Positions 53,129-64,000 of a stretch of DNA of 64,000 nucleotides are shown here, in pieces. This DNA is from Lama guanicoe (lineage: Eukaryota). The stretch covers positions 3,977,934-4,041,933 of the forward strand of contig MU054925.1 of assembly GCA_013239625.1 (NCBI GenBank). The letters run 5' to 3'. The notes below the pieces were generated by a model. It worked only from the letters and a program-made list of their open reading frames with translations, was not told where the DNA came from and ran no database searches. The position numbers and the translations under genes were made by a program. How positions within the stretch are numbered: position 1 is the stretch's first letter; every line of letters starts with the position of its first letter.

Positions 53129-55471
53129 CTCTAGGGGATTGATCCCATACTCCCTCTAAAGGAAAAGGGTGCTGGAGCTGCTTTATGATCTGTGCACAGC
53201 ACTGCCCCTACCTTGAACCGTTCCCTCCCTCCCTCCCTCCCAGGCCCGTCCCCAGCCCCGGCCCACTCACCTAGACACGGAGCTGCCTGGGCCCCCAGTG
53301 TCAAGTTCAGGCTGATTGTCAGACTGTACATGCCACGTCTCACTGCCTGTGCTGATCTGAAAGAAGGATGATCTGAACTGGTGTGTGACAGATAAGTATT
53401 CATAAGACTCGCAGCTCATCAGAGTGGCACGGCTGAGACAGGAGTGTGCTGAGTGTAGCATCGGTTTGCGTGATACCTGGTGATCATCCGTCATTGCCGT
53501 TGTGACTTAGTGATGCAGGAGCTCTGCTAAGTTAGTTGAAAGAAGGTTCACCTTGATTGAGTGGCACTGCAGTCATGTGGAGCCAGTCATGAGTGAGCAC
53601 GTGACTGAGACCTGATCCCAGCACTCTTTACAGTAGACCCAAGAAAGTGGGGTCAGTGGAACTGCAGGCCTGGGGATCAAGATTCCTAGCTGAGCCTTCG
53701 CCAGCGTGGGCAGGTCCCTTAGCCAAATGGGAGTAGTCTTGGCCCACCCGCTCTCCCTCCCAGGGTGTAGTGGGATAAAGTATGGGATATCATGGGGGCA
53801 GGTACAAAGATGCCATCAGAACAGAGGTCGTGATTTGTGACTTCTGCCAGGCCCACTCTCTCTGTTAATCAGGAAACTGACAAGCAGTTCTCCGATTCTG
53901 GTGTTAAAACCACAACCAAGAATCAAGGTGGAACTAAAACAGGTAGCGCTGTCAGATCATTTGCAGGGAGACGTCAGAGATCGCTTCAGGTAATTTTTTC
54001 TAAGGTTTCCTGTATCTTTCAGAGTGATGGTGACAAACCTGGTATATACAGCTGAGTGCCCCCTGCCAGGGTAACTTCTGTGGTAACGTTGCAGCTGACT
54101 TGTCAGTGAGGGTCAGAGTCACTGTGGATGACTCACGGGAGTGCCGTGCTCATGATTCTAGCCCTTTATGTTTATATATAACTCGAGGATGGTTCATAAT
54201 GGGACACAAAGGCCACGCCATCCCATTTTCCCTGGCGGAGAGCAATGACAAAGTAAGGGGTGTGCCTGTGTGTGCTGTGTGTGCGTGGGGAGGCGGGAGA
54301 CAGCTTGTAGATGAGCAGGTGTATTCTGTGAGAGTTTCATCTCCAGTCCTTTCTTCTGAGGGAGCTAGTCTACAGTGATCCTTTCTGATTGGGTAGGGGC
54401 AGGATTCTGCTAAAGGGTTAACCAGAGCTCGCCTTTAACCAGATGACCACAGGGCCAGCCCTAGCTGAGCGAGACCTGCCTGTGGTAGGGAACAGGCTCC
54501 GCCAGACGGCTCTAAAGGCTGGATTCTGGAAGCCTGGCACTCACACCCGAAGATGAATGGCCTGGCCCAGTCCCGACTGGAGGCTCACATCTCTTATCTG
54601 CACTGTTATAGTGTAGGTTCGGGAGGGGTTCCTGGGCGTCTCTACGTGCTGAGAGCTGGCAGATGGCGGGTGTGTCTGATGGCGCTAGCTTAAGGGGACA
54701 GGCAGTGAAAGCATTTCAGATGCACCAGGTAGGAAAAACTTAACCCTGAAAGTGGGCAAGAGAAAGGAAGGTAAATGAATGTTCCTGTTTGATATTAAAA
54801 TGTCATACTTTAATGCTATTGCTTCAGAAATATTTAGAGAGATTTTATAGTTTGGGGGGGTTGGTGACTTAATCATTCAATAGAGTAAATATCGATAAAA
54901 TTCCAATTAAATGGTGTCTAAAATTTAAAGCAGCAGTCTACAGGCAAAGCGCCAATATTTCTTTAAAAAAAAAATACTCATGAGAACATCTAGCATTTAA
55001 AAATCAACCAGAAACTAGGCTTGATTCTGTTTAATGTTTTATATGATTGGACGTCTTAAAACAAATCAGTAATGTTTATATTTTCTAGCAATTCTGTGTT
55101 TCTTCAAAACCATAATTCTACTGTGATGTTAATGGAATGACTTTATATGGCTTAAACTGTGTTGGGTTAAGTGCTAATGACCACGTTTCAAATTAAAATA
55201 GTATTTTGCTGATAGAGGTAGGCACAGATATGAAATACGAAAGAATAGATAATTTTACTGATTGTAAAGTGTTTGTTTCAAGAAAAACATAGTTTTGTTT
55301 TGTTTTGTTTTGTTTAGGGCTGTAGAAAACAGTAATTTTTTCAAGGGTTTAAGATAGATTTCTGCACTTTGGGAATTGGAACTTGTGCCTATGGAATTTT
55401 TGGAGCAGCCTAAGCTACCTTTTAGCTGGATATGTGTGCTAGAAAATTTTTCATTATCATGTTTTGTGATA

Positions 55472-55480
55472 TGTAATAAA
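55472..55480 (+). terminator. candidate poly(A) signal for exon 42A transcripts
   Basis: TGTA overlapping AATAAA (55475-55480) at the end of an AU-rich block; second AATAAA at 55749-55754 followed by a GU-rich tract. Confidence 0.45.
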
Positions 55481-56470
55481 TTCAGGGTGCTGTGCTTAAG
55501 CTTCGTTTCAGTTCAATTTTGGGAACATGTGTTTCCCTCCTTCCCAGCCCTGGCGACACCCCTGTCCCCTGTAGTGTCCCCCCGCCCATCCTTCCTCCCC
55601 TCCCCTGTGAAAGAGTAAAGTCAGTCCCTGACTGTTAGAAGGTATGTTTCTTCCTGCGTGGAACAAACGAAATATAATCATGTTCTCTAAGCCTCTGCTT
55701 TCCTGTCTGGGAAGAGTGATGCTTTCTCTCCTCCTTTGATGTCTCTTTAATAAATATGTTGTTGTTATTTGTCTTTGGAAGCGGTCTCTTGGGCCACCTC
55801 TCACTTTTCTCCGTGATTTATGTTGCAAACAAACCCTCTGTCTTGTGTCTGTTCACTGCTCTCTCCTAATCTTGTGTATCATTGAAAACATGCTGAAGAN
55901 NNNNNNNNNNNNNNNNNNNNNNNNNNNNNNNNNNNNNNNNNNNNNNNNNNNNNNNNNNNNNNNNNNNNNNNNNNNNNNNNNNNNNNNNNNNNNNNNNNNN
56001 NNNNNNNNNNNNNNNNNNNNNNNNNNNNNNNNNNNNNNNNNNNNNNNNNNNNNNNGGTGTTATTTAAACAGAGCGTTCCTGGCCCACGATGTACATAGTT
56101 TACCTGGGGGTGCTGACTTGGTGCACTGTCACCTGTGTGTGTTTTGTGGCACTGGCAGTGGGTGTCTCAAACCTAGTCTCTTGTTTAGGAGCCTCAGATA
56201 GGTAACAGCGCTTTCTTCCCAGTGATTCAAAATCAGATGGTGAAGCCCTGGCTTAGTTTATCTCCCCTTGATGATTGTGCCCTAGAAAGCACTGCCTGGA
56301 TGAATGGCAGGCTGTTGGGTAGAGCTGGGCTCAGCCTTGCTGCCCCGGCCTGCAGCTCTGCCGGGCAGGAGCTTTCACCCACTTGGCATTCAAGTTGCTG
56401 TCTTGTTGTTTCCCTGAGAATGGTGTGGGTCTGCTGCTAAGCCAGACGGTTCCCCAGGCTCGAATGTGCT

Positions 56471-56701
56471 GGAGGCGGGGATCCTGAGAGGAAAGAGTGA
56501 GTGAGCGTGTGTGCGTGCATGTGTGTACATATGTGTGCATGAGCCTAGGAGGCGGGGATCCTGAGAGGAAAGAGTGAGTGAGCGTGTGTGCGTGCATGTG
56601 TGTACATATGTGTGCATGAGCCTAGGAGGCGGGGATCCTGAGAGGAAAGAGTGAGTGAGCGTGTGTGCGTGCATGTGTGTACATGTGTGTGCATGAGCCT
56701 A
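56471..56701 (+). repeat. 3 x 77-bp tandem repeat
   Basis: Units 56471-56547, 56548-56624, 56625-56701; only one substitution (unit 3). Confidence 0.95.
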
Positions 56702-56941
56702 TGATCAGAGGGACAGGAGAGTGAGAGGCAGCCTCACTGACCGCACCACAAACTGTCCAGGGTTTGGCCCTGGGACACAAGTCATTCCCCTGCCAAGACC
56801 ACAGCATTCCTAGCCTTGAACCTTAAGGCTTTGACTCCAGGCAGCTGTTTCACCCCCACGATTCATAAAATGGAAAGACTTGCTGCTCCAATATTCAAAG
56901 AATGGTTCAAACCAGACCCAGCCTGGTGTGCCATCTTTAAA

Positions 56942-57093
56942 TATATTTTTATTGAGGTATAGTCAGTTTACAATGCTGTGTCAACTTCTGGTGTACAGCA
57001 CAATATTTCAATCATGTAAGAACATGCTTATATTTGTTTTCATATTCATTTTAACCGTAAGTTACTACAAGATATTGAATATAGTTCCCTGTG
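56942..57093 (-). mobile_element. 5'-truncated LINE-1 3' end
   Basis: tttttattgaggtatagtcagtttacaatg...tacaagatattgaatatagttccctgtg; degenerate TSD tggtgtgccatctttaaa (56924-56941) / tggtgtgcggtctttaaa (57094-57111). Confidence 0.85.
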
Positions 57094-58696
57094 TGGTGTG
57101 CGGTCTTTAAAAGGATCCTCTCATAGGTTGAGTGCTATTACGAACAAGGCCATTTGCCTAAAAGCCTCTTGGGAAGGTCTGTACCCCTTGCTGTTCTAAA
57201 TTAGTGTCAGCACCACTGGCGCCTGCAGGACACCAGGCTGCACTTTCCCACATCAGTGGGCCTAGGCTTGTGGAATCTGGCAAGACTACGGCCACCATCC
57301 CCTCCACCCTGCACACCCCCTCCACCACAGGCATGTCTCAAACATGGCTATCACTCTCTGTCTATGTGCTATCCCCACCTGCTGCTGGGGGCTGGGGAGG
57401 GGGGACAGGGGAGTGGTCTCCTCCTCTGATAACCCCCTGCTCAGCCCAGTTCTCCCCTGCAGGCTGTCCTGATGTTGGGGAGTATTAGTTGCAGAAGGAA
57501 ACCCTTACAGCCAGGGTCTCAGATGCTTTCCAAGCCTTTAGCAGCTCCTCAGGGACAAGCAGACTGCCAGCAAATGAGGGAGTACTGCCTGGGTACCGGA
57601 CTGGTGGCCTTAGACCCGGGGCAGGGAGGAAATGCCTCTTTCAGGTGCAAATCTTTTTGTAGCAAAGGATAGAGGAGCTATACTGTCCCTATTAATGTGC
57701 CATTTTTCTTCAGATTGATGGTCAAAACATAGTCTTCTCAGAGCCAGCAACTACCTCTTCCCCATAGATAGTCCGTAAGCATCTCGAATATTTCTCTAAT
57801 GAGGGCAGTTACACGGAAGGCTTCTCCCAAGGGCTGTCTCAAAGGAACCCGGGCCCAGGGTGAAGAAGGGCGGCTGTGAGGGCCTCAGGGAAATGCAGAC
57901 TGTCTGAGCAGCCTGGAGGGGTCCCCTGGCAGACCTTGCACTGCTTCCAGAGGTGTATGAGCCCCTTTCGGTGTGCTGTGGTCTTGAAGAGGGTGACCCG
58001 ACCATTGGCAAGTTCTCAGCTTGAACACAGACTGCAGGCCAGGGTGCCAGGAGATGGCCACAGAGGCTGGCCCTGCACAGCGGCCCAGGTCTGTGTGTGT
58101 CCGTCTGTTGCGTTGTGGTCCTGAGTGTGCTTGTGGTGGCAGTGTGCTGTGTCGCTCCCTTATTCCCATGGCTTTGTAGCAGAACCGGTGGCCCCGATGG
58201 CTGCTTGGTCTGCCTGTCCTCCAGCCTCTGCACAAGCTTCCTCGTCCTGGATGTAGCCAGCTAATACATGGCACCCTCCCTGTAGAGCAGCCTGGCGCTG
58301 CTCCTCCCCGCACCTGGGGCTGCAGGAGATGGTGCTCTGCAGGCCAGCCTTCTGTGAACTGTCGTCTAGGTGTGGACCTGGGCTGTGGCCGTGGCAGACC
58401 CTAGGACTAGTAACCAGGGCTAGTAACTGTTCCCTGCAAGTGGGGGTATTTGAAAAGAAGGTCACTGGCCTCAATTATCCCAGCCTAGGACCATCCTGAA
58501 CTCCTGGCCACACCCTACAACCCTGAGGCTGTAGGGACACATTTGGTTACATTCGAACAAGTGGTCAGGTCCCTGCTGTGTCCTTTGGAGAAACCTCCCC
58601 CTCCCACAATGGAATCAGGCAGGCGCACAGCCAGGACCCAGGCCGGCCCAGGGCTCCCGTGTTGTCTAACCTGTTCTGCCGTTTCCGTTGATCTAG

Positions 58697-58813
58697 GCGG
58701 GATTAAGGACACTGCACGACATTGGGCCAGAAATCCGGCGTGCTATATCATGTGATTTGCAAGATGACGAGCCAGAGGAAACAAAACGAGAAGAAGAAGA
58801 AGATGTATTCAAA
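58697..58813 (+). CDS. CACNA1D: exon 42 [39 protein letters not shown]
   Basis: gatctag|GCG...AAA|gtaatt; 117 nt. Confidence 0.96.
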
Positions 58814-59488
58814 GTAATTATTCCACGCCTAGCTACACACTGGCCACTTGGAAATAGTGGGGCAGGAGTCCAGTTTGGGCAGTTAACGATCTGCGAAAGA
58901 GCCTGGAGAATGCACACCAGCCCCAGGACCTAAAGGCCCTGGTGGCCCATACCCTCCCCAACCCAGCAGACCCTGCCCATTCACCAGCACCCCTTGGAGG
59001 GCCCGGCCTGCTCCTTCCCTGAGCTTGCTTGCTCCTCTGCCCTACACTGGCCACTTCAGAGGAGCTTGGCCACAACCACCAGCCTTTGTGTATGAGCATC
59101 CTGGGTCCTTCCAGCAGCTGCCGGCTCTCCCTCCGTCCTCTTCCCTGGGCCAGTTTTTTGATCTACCAGCCGGCCCTGTGCTTCCCAGACCCCCCAGCCC
59201 AGAGCCGGGCCTGCTGTCCAACCTCAACCACTGGGGCTGCCAACAGTGCTGCTGGGCAAGTCGGCTGACCCTGGAGCAGCTGGAAGAGCCCACTCGAGGG
59301 ACAGCAGAGAGCTTGCCTCCCCAGCCTAGGAACCGGTAACCTTCCTCATTCCAGGGGGACCAGCTGCCACCCAGACAGTCACCCTGATCACTGAGGCACT
59401 CAGATTGTTTTACAGGGATCCTACGGAGCTTACCTAGAATTTGTTGTTCATGTAGAAAAAATTACCTAACATAGCTAGCCTGCATCAA

Positions 59489-59896
59489 NNNNNNNNNNNN
59501 NNNNNNNNNNNNNNNNNNNNNNNNNNNNNNNNNNNNNNNNNNNNNNNNNNNNNNNNNNNNNNNNNNNNNNNNNNNNNNNNNNNNNNNNNNNNNNNNNNNN
59601 NNNNNNNNNNNNNNNNNNNNNNNNNNNNNNNNNNNNNNNNNNNNNNNNNNNNNNNNNNNNNNNNNNNNNNNNNNNNNNNNNNNNNNNNNNNNNNNNNNNN
59701 NNNNNNNNNNNNNNNNNNNNNNNNNNNNNNNNNNNNNNNNNNNNNNNNNNNNNNNNNNNNNNNNNNNNNNNNNNNNNNNNNNNNNNNNNNNNNNNNNNNN
59801 NNNNNNNNNNNNNNNNNNNNNNNNNNNNNNNNNNNNNNNNNNNNNNNNNNNNNNNNNGCATGGCCGTGAGCCTCAAAGAAGGTCCAGTATTAAAAG
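59489..59896 (+). CDS. CACNA1D: exon 43, mostly in gap; 3' end HGREPQRRSSIKR visible
   Basis: 59858-59896 g cat ggc cgt gag cct caa aga agg tcc agt att aaa ag|gtaacc; start hidden. Confidence 0.88.
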
Positions 59897-60157
59897 GTAA
59901 CCTTGAAAATGTATTTGTACTTGGTAACACAGTGTTGGCCCAAGGGGGGGGTCTGTCTCCCTCGTGCTCTGGTACAGGCAGGAGATTCCCCGTGGGCACT
60001 TGCAGTAGGACCTGTGAGTGCGTCAAGGCACTGGCCCTGTGACGAGCCTGTAGGATAGCGGGCCTCCTGCCAGCCTGTATCCTGCTCTGTGAGATGCCCC
60101 TGAACACAGCAGCAGCTGCGAACTCTGCCCTCTCCAACTGTACTGCATACTCAGGGA

Positions 60158-60486
60158 CAGGGACTGGCGAACTTTCTCGGTCAAGGGCCAGAGAGTAAAC
60201 ATTTTAGGGTTGGAGCATTGGACAGTTTCTATCGTAGCTACTCAACTCGGCCGTCAGAGCAGGAGAGCAGCTGTAGATGCAAATGCGTGGGTGCAGCTGT
60301 GTCCCAGTAAGACTTAATTTGCGGACACTGGCATGAGCTTCACATAGCCACACGTGGTGAAATATTTTTCTTCTTTTGATTTTGTTTCAGTTCTTTGAAA
60401 GTATAAAAACTGTCTGTAGCTTGTGAGCCATACCAAAACAGGTGACGGCCTACATTTGGCCCTTGAACCATAGTTTGCCGACCCTG
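60158..60486. mobile_element. MER58B-like hAT element
   Basis: cagggactggcgaacttt...aagggccagagagtaaacattttagg ... catagtttgccgaccctg termini. Confidence 0.8.
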
Positions 60487-60583
60487 CTCTGGGAAGTAGC
60501 TTGATAGCTGCTTTTTCAGTTTCGTTGGAAATATTTAACTTTTATCTTCTCCCTCCCTCCCATGGTATGCCTTTCCTGGATAG

Positions 60584-60610
60584 AACCCGCTATTATGAAA
60601 CTTACATTAG
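60584..60610 (+). CDS. CACNA1D: alternative microexon 44 TRYYETYIR
   Basis: cctggatag|A...AG|gtatgt; 27 nt; TGC at -16 (SRRM4-type position). Confidence 0.93.
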
Positions 60611-61614
60611 GTATGTGCTCGTTGCCTGTTTATGTGTTAACGACCATGTGTTTTAAGTGTAACCATCTGGCCTCTCTGAATGCTGAGAGATGAGAAATTC
60701 CTGGGAGCCAACTAGCCTAGGGTAGGGTGTTACAGCCCCTAACTGTGGACTCAGCAAAGGTGATTGCTTCTTTGTAAGAAAAGGAGCTTTCAGATCCCTC
60801 TCTGCATAGACTCTGTTACCACCCAAGGACCAACACACCCCACAGGCTCGCCCCCCAGGCCTCATCACCGTGCTAGGAAAACCCACTGTGCACTTTTGGG
60901 GTGTCTAGTCTAGGCCTGTGGAGCTGAGCAGTCCTGCTGGTCTCTGCGGTCATCTCGTGGGGGCTTCATAAAAATGTGACGCCCACCTCCTGAAGACCAA
61001 GAGCCAGGCCTTGTCCTTTGTCTCGGGCAGCCCTCTAGCCTTGGGCAGTGCACCCACTCCACGTCTGTTGAACCCATTTGAATTTGGGATGGGATGGTCA
61101 TTGTGTCGGGGCCAGGGAGGGTAGATCTCCTGGTTTAATTATCTCAAGTGATATTAGAAGTCACGTGAGCTGGAGGAGGGCAGGAGAGAGTGAAGAGCTT
61201 GGGGGAAGCGCAGTCCTTTCTTTGGAGAGTGGTGATGTCACAGAGCCTGGCTGGTTTTCCTGAGGACTGAAGCCAGGACAGCTGGGTTTTGGGGGACATG
61301 ACAACAGTCGTGGGGCAGGGCAGTCTTTGAAAACTCAGTGGACATTATCCGGGTGCATCTCTCTCCCCCGGAACACTGTATTCAAAACTCCTATCCCTCT
61401 TTCTGGGTCAGATGTGGTGCCAAGTTTGGATCCTCTCTTTCCCAGGCTCTAAAGTCACATTGGGCCAGGTCAGGAGGACCAGAGTTCAGAGCAGGTGGCC
61501 TGGGCACCCATCGCTATAGGTTTCTAGGGTGGGTGCCCATCGCTATTGCCGAGGCCCGGCTATAGGAGCTGTCTGCCGCCTGCCCAGACGCTCAGGCCCT
61601 CTCTCCTACTGCAG

Positions 61615-61764
61615 GTCTGACTCAGGAGATGAGCAGTTCCCAACTATTTGCCGGGAAGATCCAGAGATACACGGCTACTTTAGGGACCCCCACTGCTTGG
61701 GGGAGCAGGAGTATTTTGGCTGCGAGGACTGCTACGAGGGCGACAGCTCGCCGACCGGGAGCAG
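61615..61764 (+). CDS. CACNA1D: exon 45 [50 protein letters not shown]
   Basis: ctactgcag|G...AG|gtgagg; 150 nt. Confidence 0.95.
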
Positions 61765-63071
61765 GTGAGGGTCCTGTGGCGCGGGCTGCCATTAGGAGGC
61801 CTTGCCATCCCCCGTCCCTAGGGCTCCTGCGCTGTGCTCGGGACGGTCCTGGGAAGCGAAATGGGAGCACAGTCTCCAGGTGACCGCAGAGGTCGGGGCA
61901 GGAGAAAGAGGGCCGCAGAGAAGCAGAGTGGAGGCTGGTTTTTCAGGGCTGTTGACTCATTTCCACCAGGAGCCTATGCAGCTTTTAGCAAAGGTTCCAG
62001 AAATGAGAGCCTTTACTAAACCCTGGGGGCTCTGTCCACATGGCAGCTCGTCCAGCCCAGAGCCTACTTCCTACTTCCGTCCCCTGGAGATGAGGGGACA
62101 TGAGGACAGAGTGGCATCACTGAGCAGATGTGCCTCTCCAGGCTTCTGAGATAAGAACACATGAGGTTAAAGTGGGCCCTTTGCTCAGGACATGTAGCAG
62201 GCAGTGCAGGGGGACAAAGGCCACCAACCACCCTCTGCTCTGTAAACTGCATCTCACGGTGACCCGTGGCCCACAGTAGTGGGCGAGGTTCTATGGTGAG
62301 GTCACTCTGGCTTCTAAGATGTTAAACATTAGCCTCGTGTTCCAGGCCAGCCACAGCCTGACCTGCCCTCACCCTGCTCTCCCCCGCGTCCTCAGATAGG
62401 CCTCCCAGCGCCGCACTTCCAGAACTGCTGGTCCTGAGCTCATTCTGAGTTGCCTTCTTCAGAGCCTTCCTCACGTGCGACCAGCCCTCGGACTCCCTTC
62501 CCCCATCCCAGCTGGCCTCGTCCCACCCTCTCTTCAAGGGTCTGCTCCTCACTCCCGTGACTGGAATCGAAAGGCCTCCCCCATGCCTAGAACTCACAGA
62601 GTCCACCCTGAGCCCCCTCTTCCAGCGCTGACCCCCGCCAACCTGCATTAGAAGTCCCTGCACCTGTGCTATTTAAGTGCATTTGGGGGAGTTGGAGGGC
62701 ACAGTGCTTTCTGCATCCTCGCGTCCCAGTGCCCAGCCCAGCAGCTGGCTGAGGGCAGATGCTCCAGGAGGAAGTGAGTGGGTGATAGTCAAGCTTGCAG
62801 GGCGTCCGCAGTGCACATCTGCCCTGGGTCTGAGGCTGCCGCAGGGAGGGAAGCCACCGGCACCTCACTCGTCACAGGGCTGCCGTCCTGAACCTTCCTG
62901 TAACACCCCTTGCCCTCGATCTAGAATCTCCCATGGAGCTTGTTCTCAGCTAGTCCTACTATGTCCAAGGAAGTAGGGAGAGGACAGTGGGACTGTGCGA
63001 GCTGAGGGCAGCCTTGTTCACTACGTCCTCACATGCCCCTCGCTCTCTCTTCTGGCCTTTCCGACCACCAG

Positions 63072-63247
63072 GCAAAGCTACGGCTACGGCTGCGGCTACT
63101 ACAACCGACACCCAGGCATCAGCTTGGATTTCGAGCGACCACGAGGGTACCATCACCCTCAAGGCTTCTCGGAGGATGATGACTCGCCTGTTTGCTACGA
63201 TTCCCGGAGGTCTCCAAGGAGACGCCTACTACCTCCCACTCCAACAT
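63072..63247 (+). CDS. CACNA1D: exon 46 [58 protein letters not shown]
   Basis: accaccag|G...T|gtgaga; 176 nt. Confidence 0.95.
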
Positions 63248-64000
63248 GTGAGACCAGGTTTTTTGTTTGGCGGGGAAACCTCGCAGAGACCAATGTGCCT
63301 CTCCCCATGCCCTAGCCTGCGGGTGGTGATGCCACGTCAGGGGCCTTCAGTCCTTAAGACCAGTCCCCTGGTTGGAGGTCCTGTGGGCTCACCTTTCTTT
63401 CTCATCCATGTCACACATGGCAGGCTGAACTGCTTCGACGCTGAGAACAGAGAAAGGTAGGGTGGGGCCCTACAGTTGGACAGCGTGTAGTGCCCGATGG
63501 GGGGCTCTCTGTGCACATCATCACTGCCTTTGACTGGGGATCTGCCCTGAGAGGTAGGCAAGATGTGCCCAATGGTGTAGACAGACTCGCTCCCTGGACT
63601 GGGTAACTGACCCTCAGAGGATGGAGGATGGGCCTGTACTCAGAATGGACCTGAGCCCAGGCCTGTCCTACCAAGTCCCAGGCCTCTGAGGAGCATCTGG
63701 GGATTCCTGGTATCCATCCCTCCTCCTTCCTCAGCTCTCTGGCTTCTTCTGTCTCATCTTTGCCTCTGTCTGCCAGTACGCTGTGCTCACAGTGTAGGTT
63801 TTGGCCTTGGTGATGACCTCTAGGGTAGGCGCTCCCATCCTGGAGCCAGGGAGTCCTGTCCCGCTGAGAAGGGGCAGGGGCTGGCTGCTGATCTTCTTGG
63901 GCAGGTGGCCCCCTGGCAGCGCCTAAGTGAGGAACTGGGGCCAGGGAAGGAAATGCAGCAGCGGCCCCACCAGCTCCCGGCCGGGCACTTTGATTTGGGA

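Noticed and set aside
56471-56701. CRISPR-like array
   Set aside because: Head-to-tail units with no unique spacers, inside a mammalian intron.

Overview
Mammalian genomic DNA, very probably a camelid (it carries a Vic-1-like tRNA-derived SINE with a 14-bp target-site duplication). The whole window is the middle-to-3' part of CACNA1D (L-type Ca2+ channel Cav1.3 alpha-1D) on the + strand, from exon 21 (repeat III S1) to exon 46 (distal C-tail); numbering follows the Cav1.3 literature (IQ exon = 41). All visible exons have AG/GT boundaries and splice in frame. Exons 29, 33, 41, 43 and probably 31b fall wholly or mostly inside N-gaps. The ORF track is otherwise noise. The most interesting signal is a layer of RNA-processing information in the introns: a duplicated IIIS2 exon pair (22/22a); a 30-nt microexon resembling chicken hair-cell exon 30a; further candidate microexons (a 31-nt poison exon, a 12-nt KIVA exon with a GC donor, a 12-nt AAHP exon just before the IQ exon, and one acceptor running into a gap); the intronic ADAR editing-complementary sequence for the IQ exon plus a possible competitor; terminal exon 42A with a probable ~6-kb 3'UTR; and a 3x77-bp repeat carrying six RBFOX motifs. 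Comparisons with human and chicken sequences are from memory and need verification.
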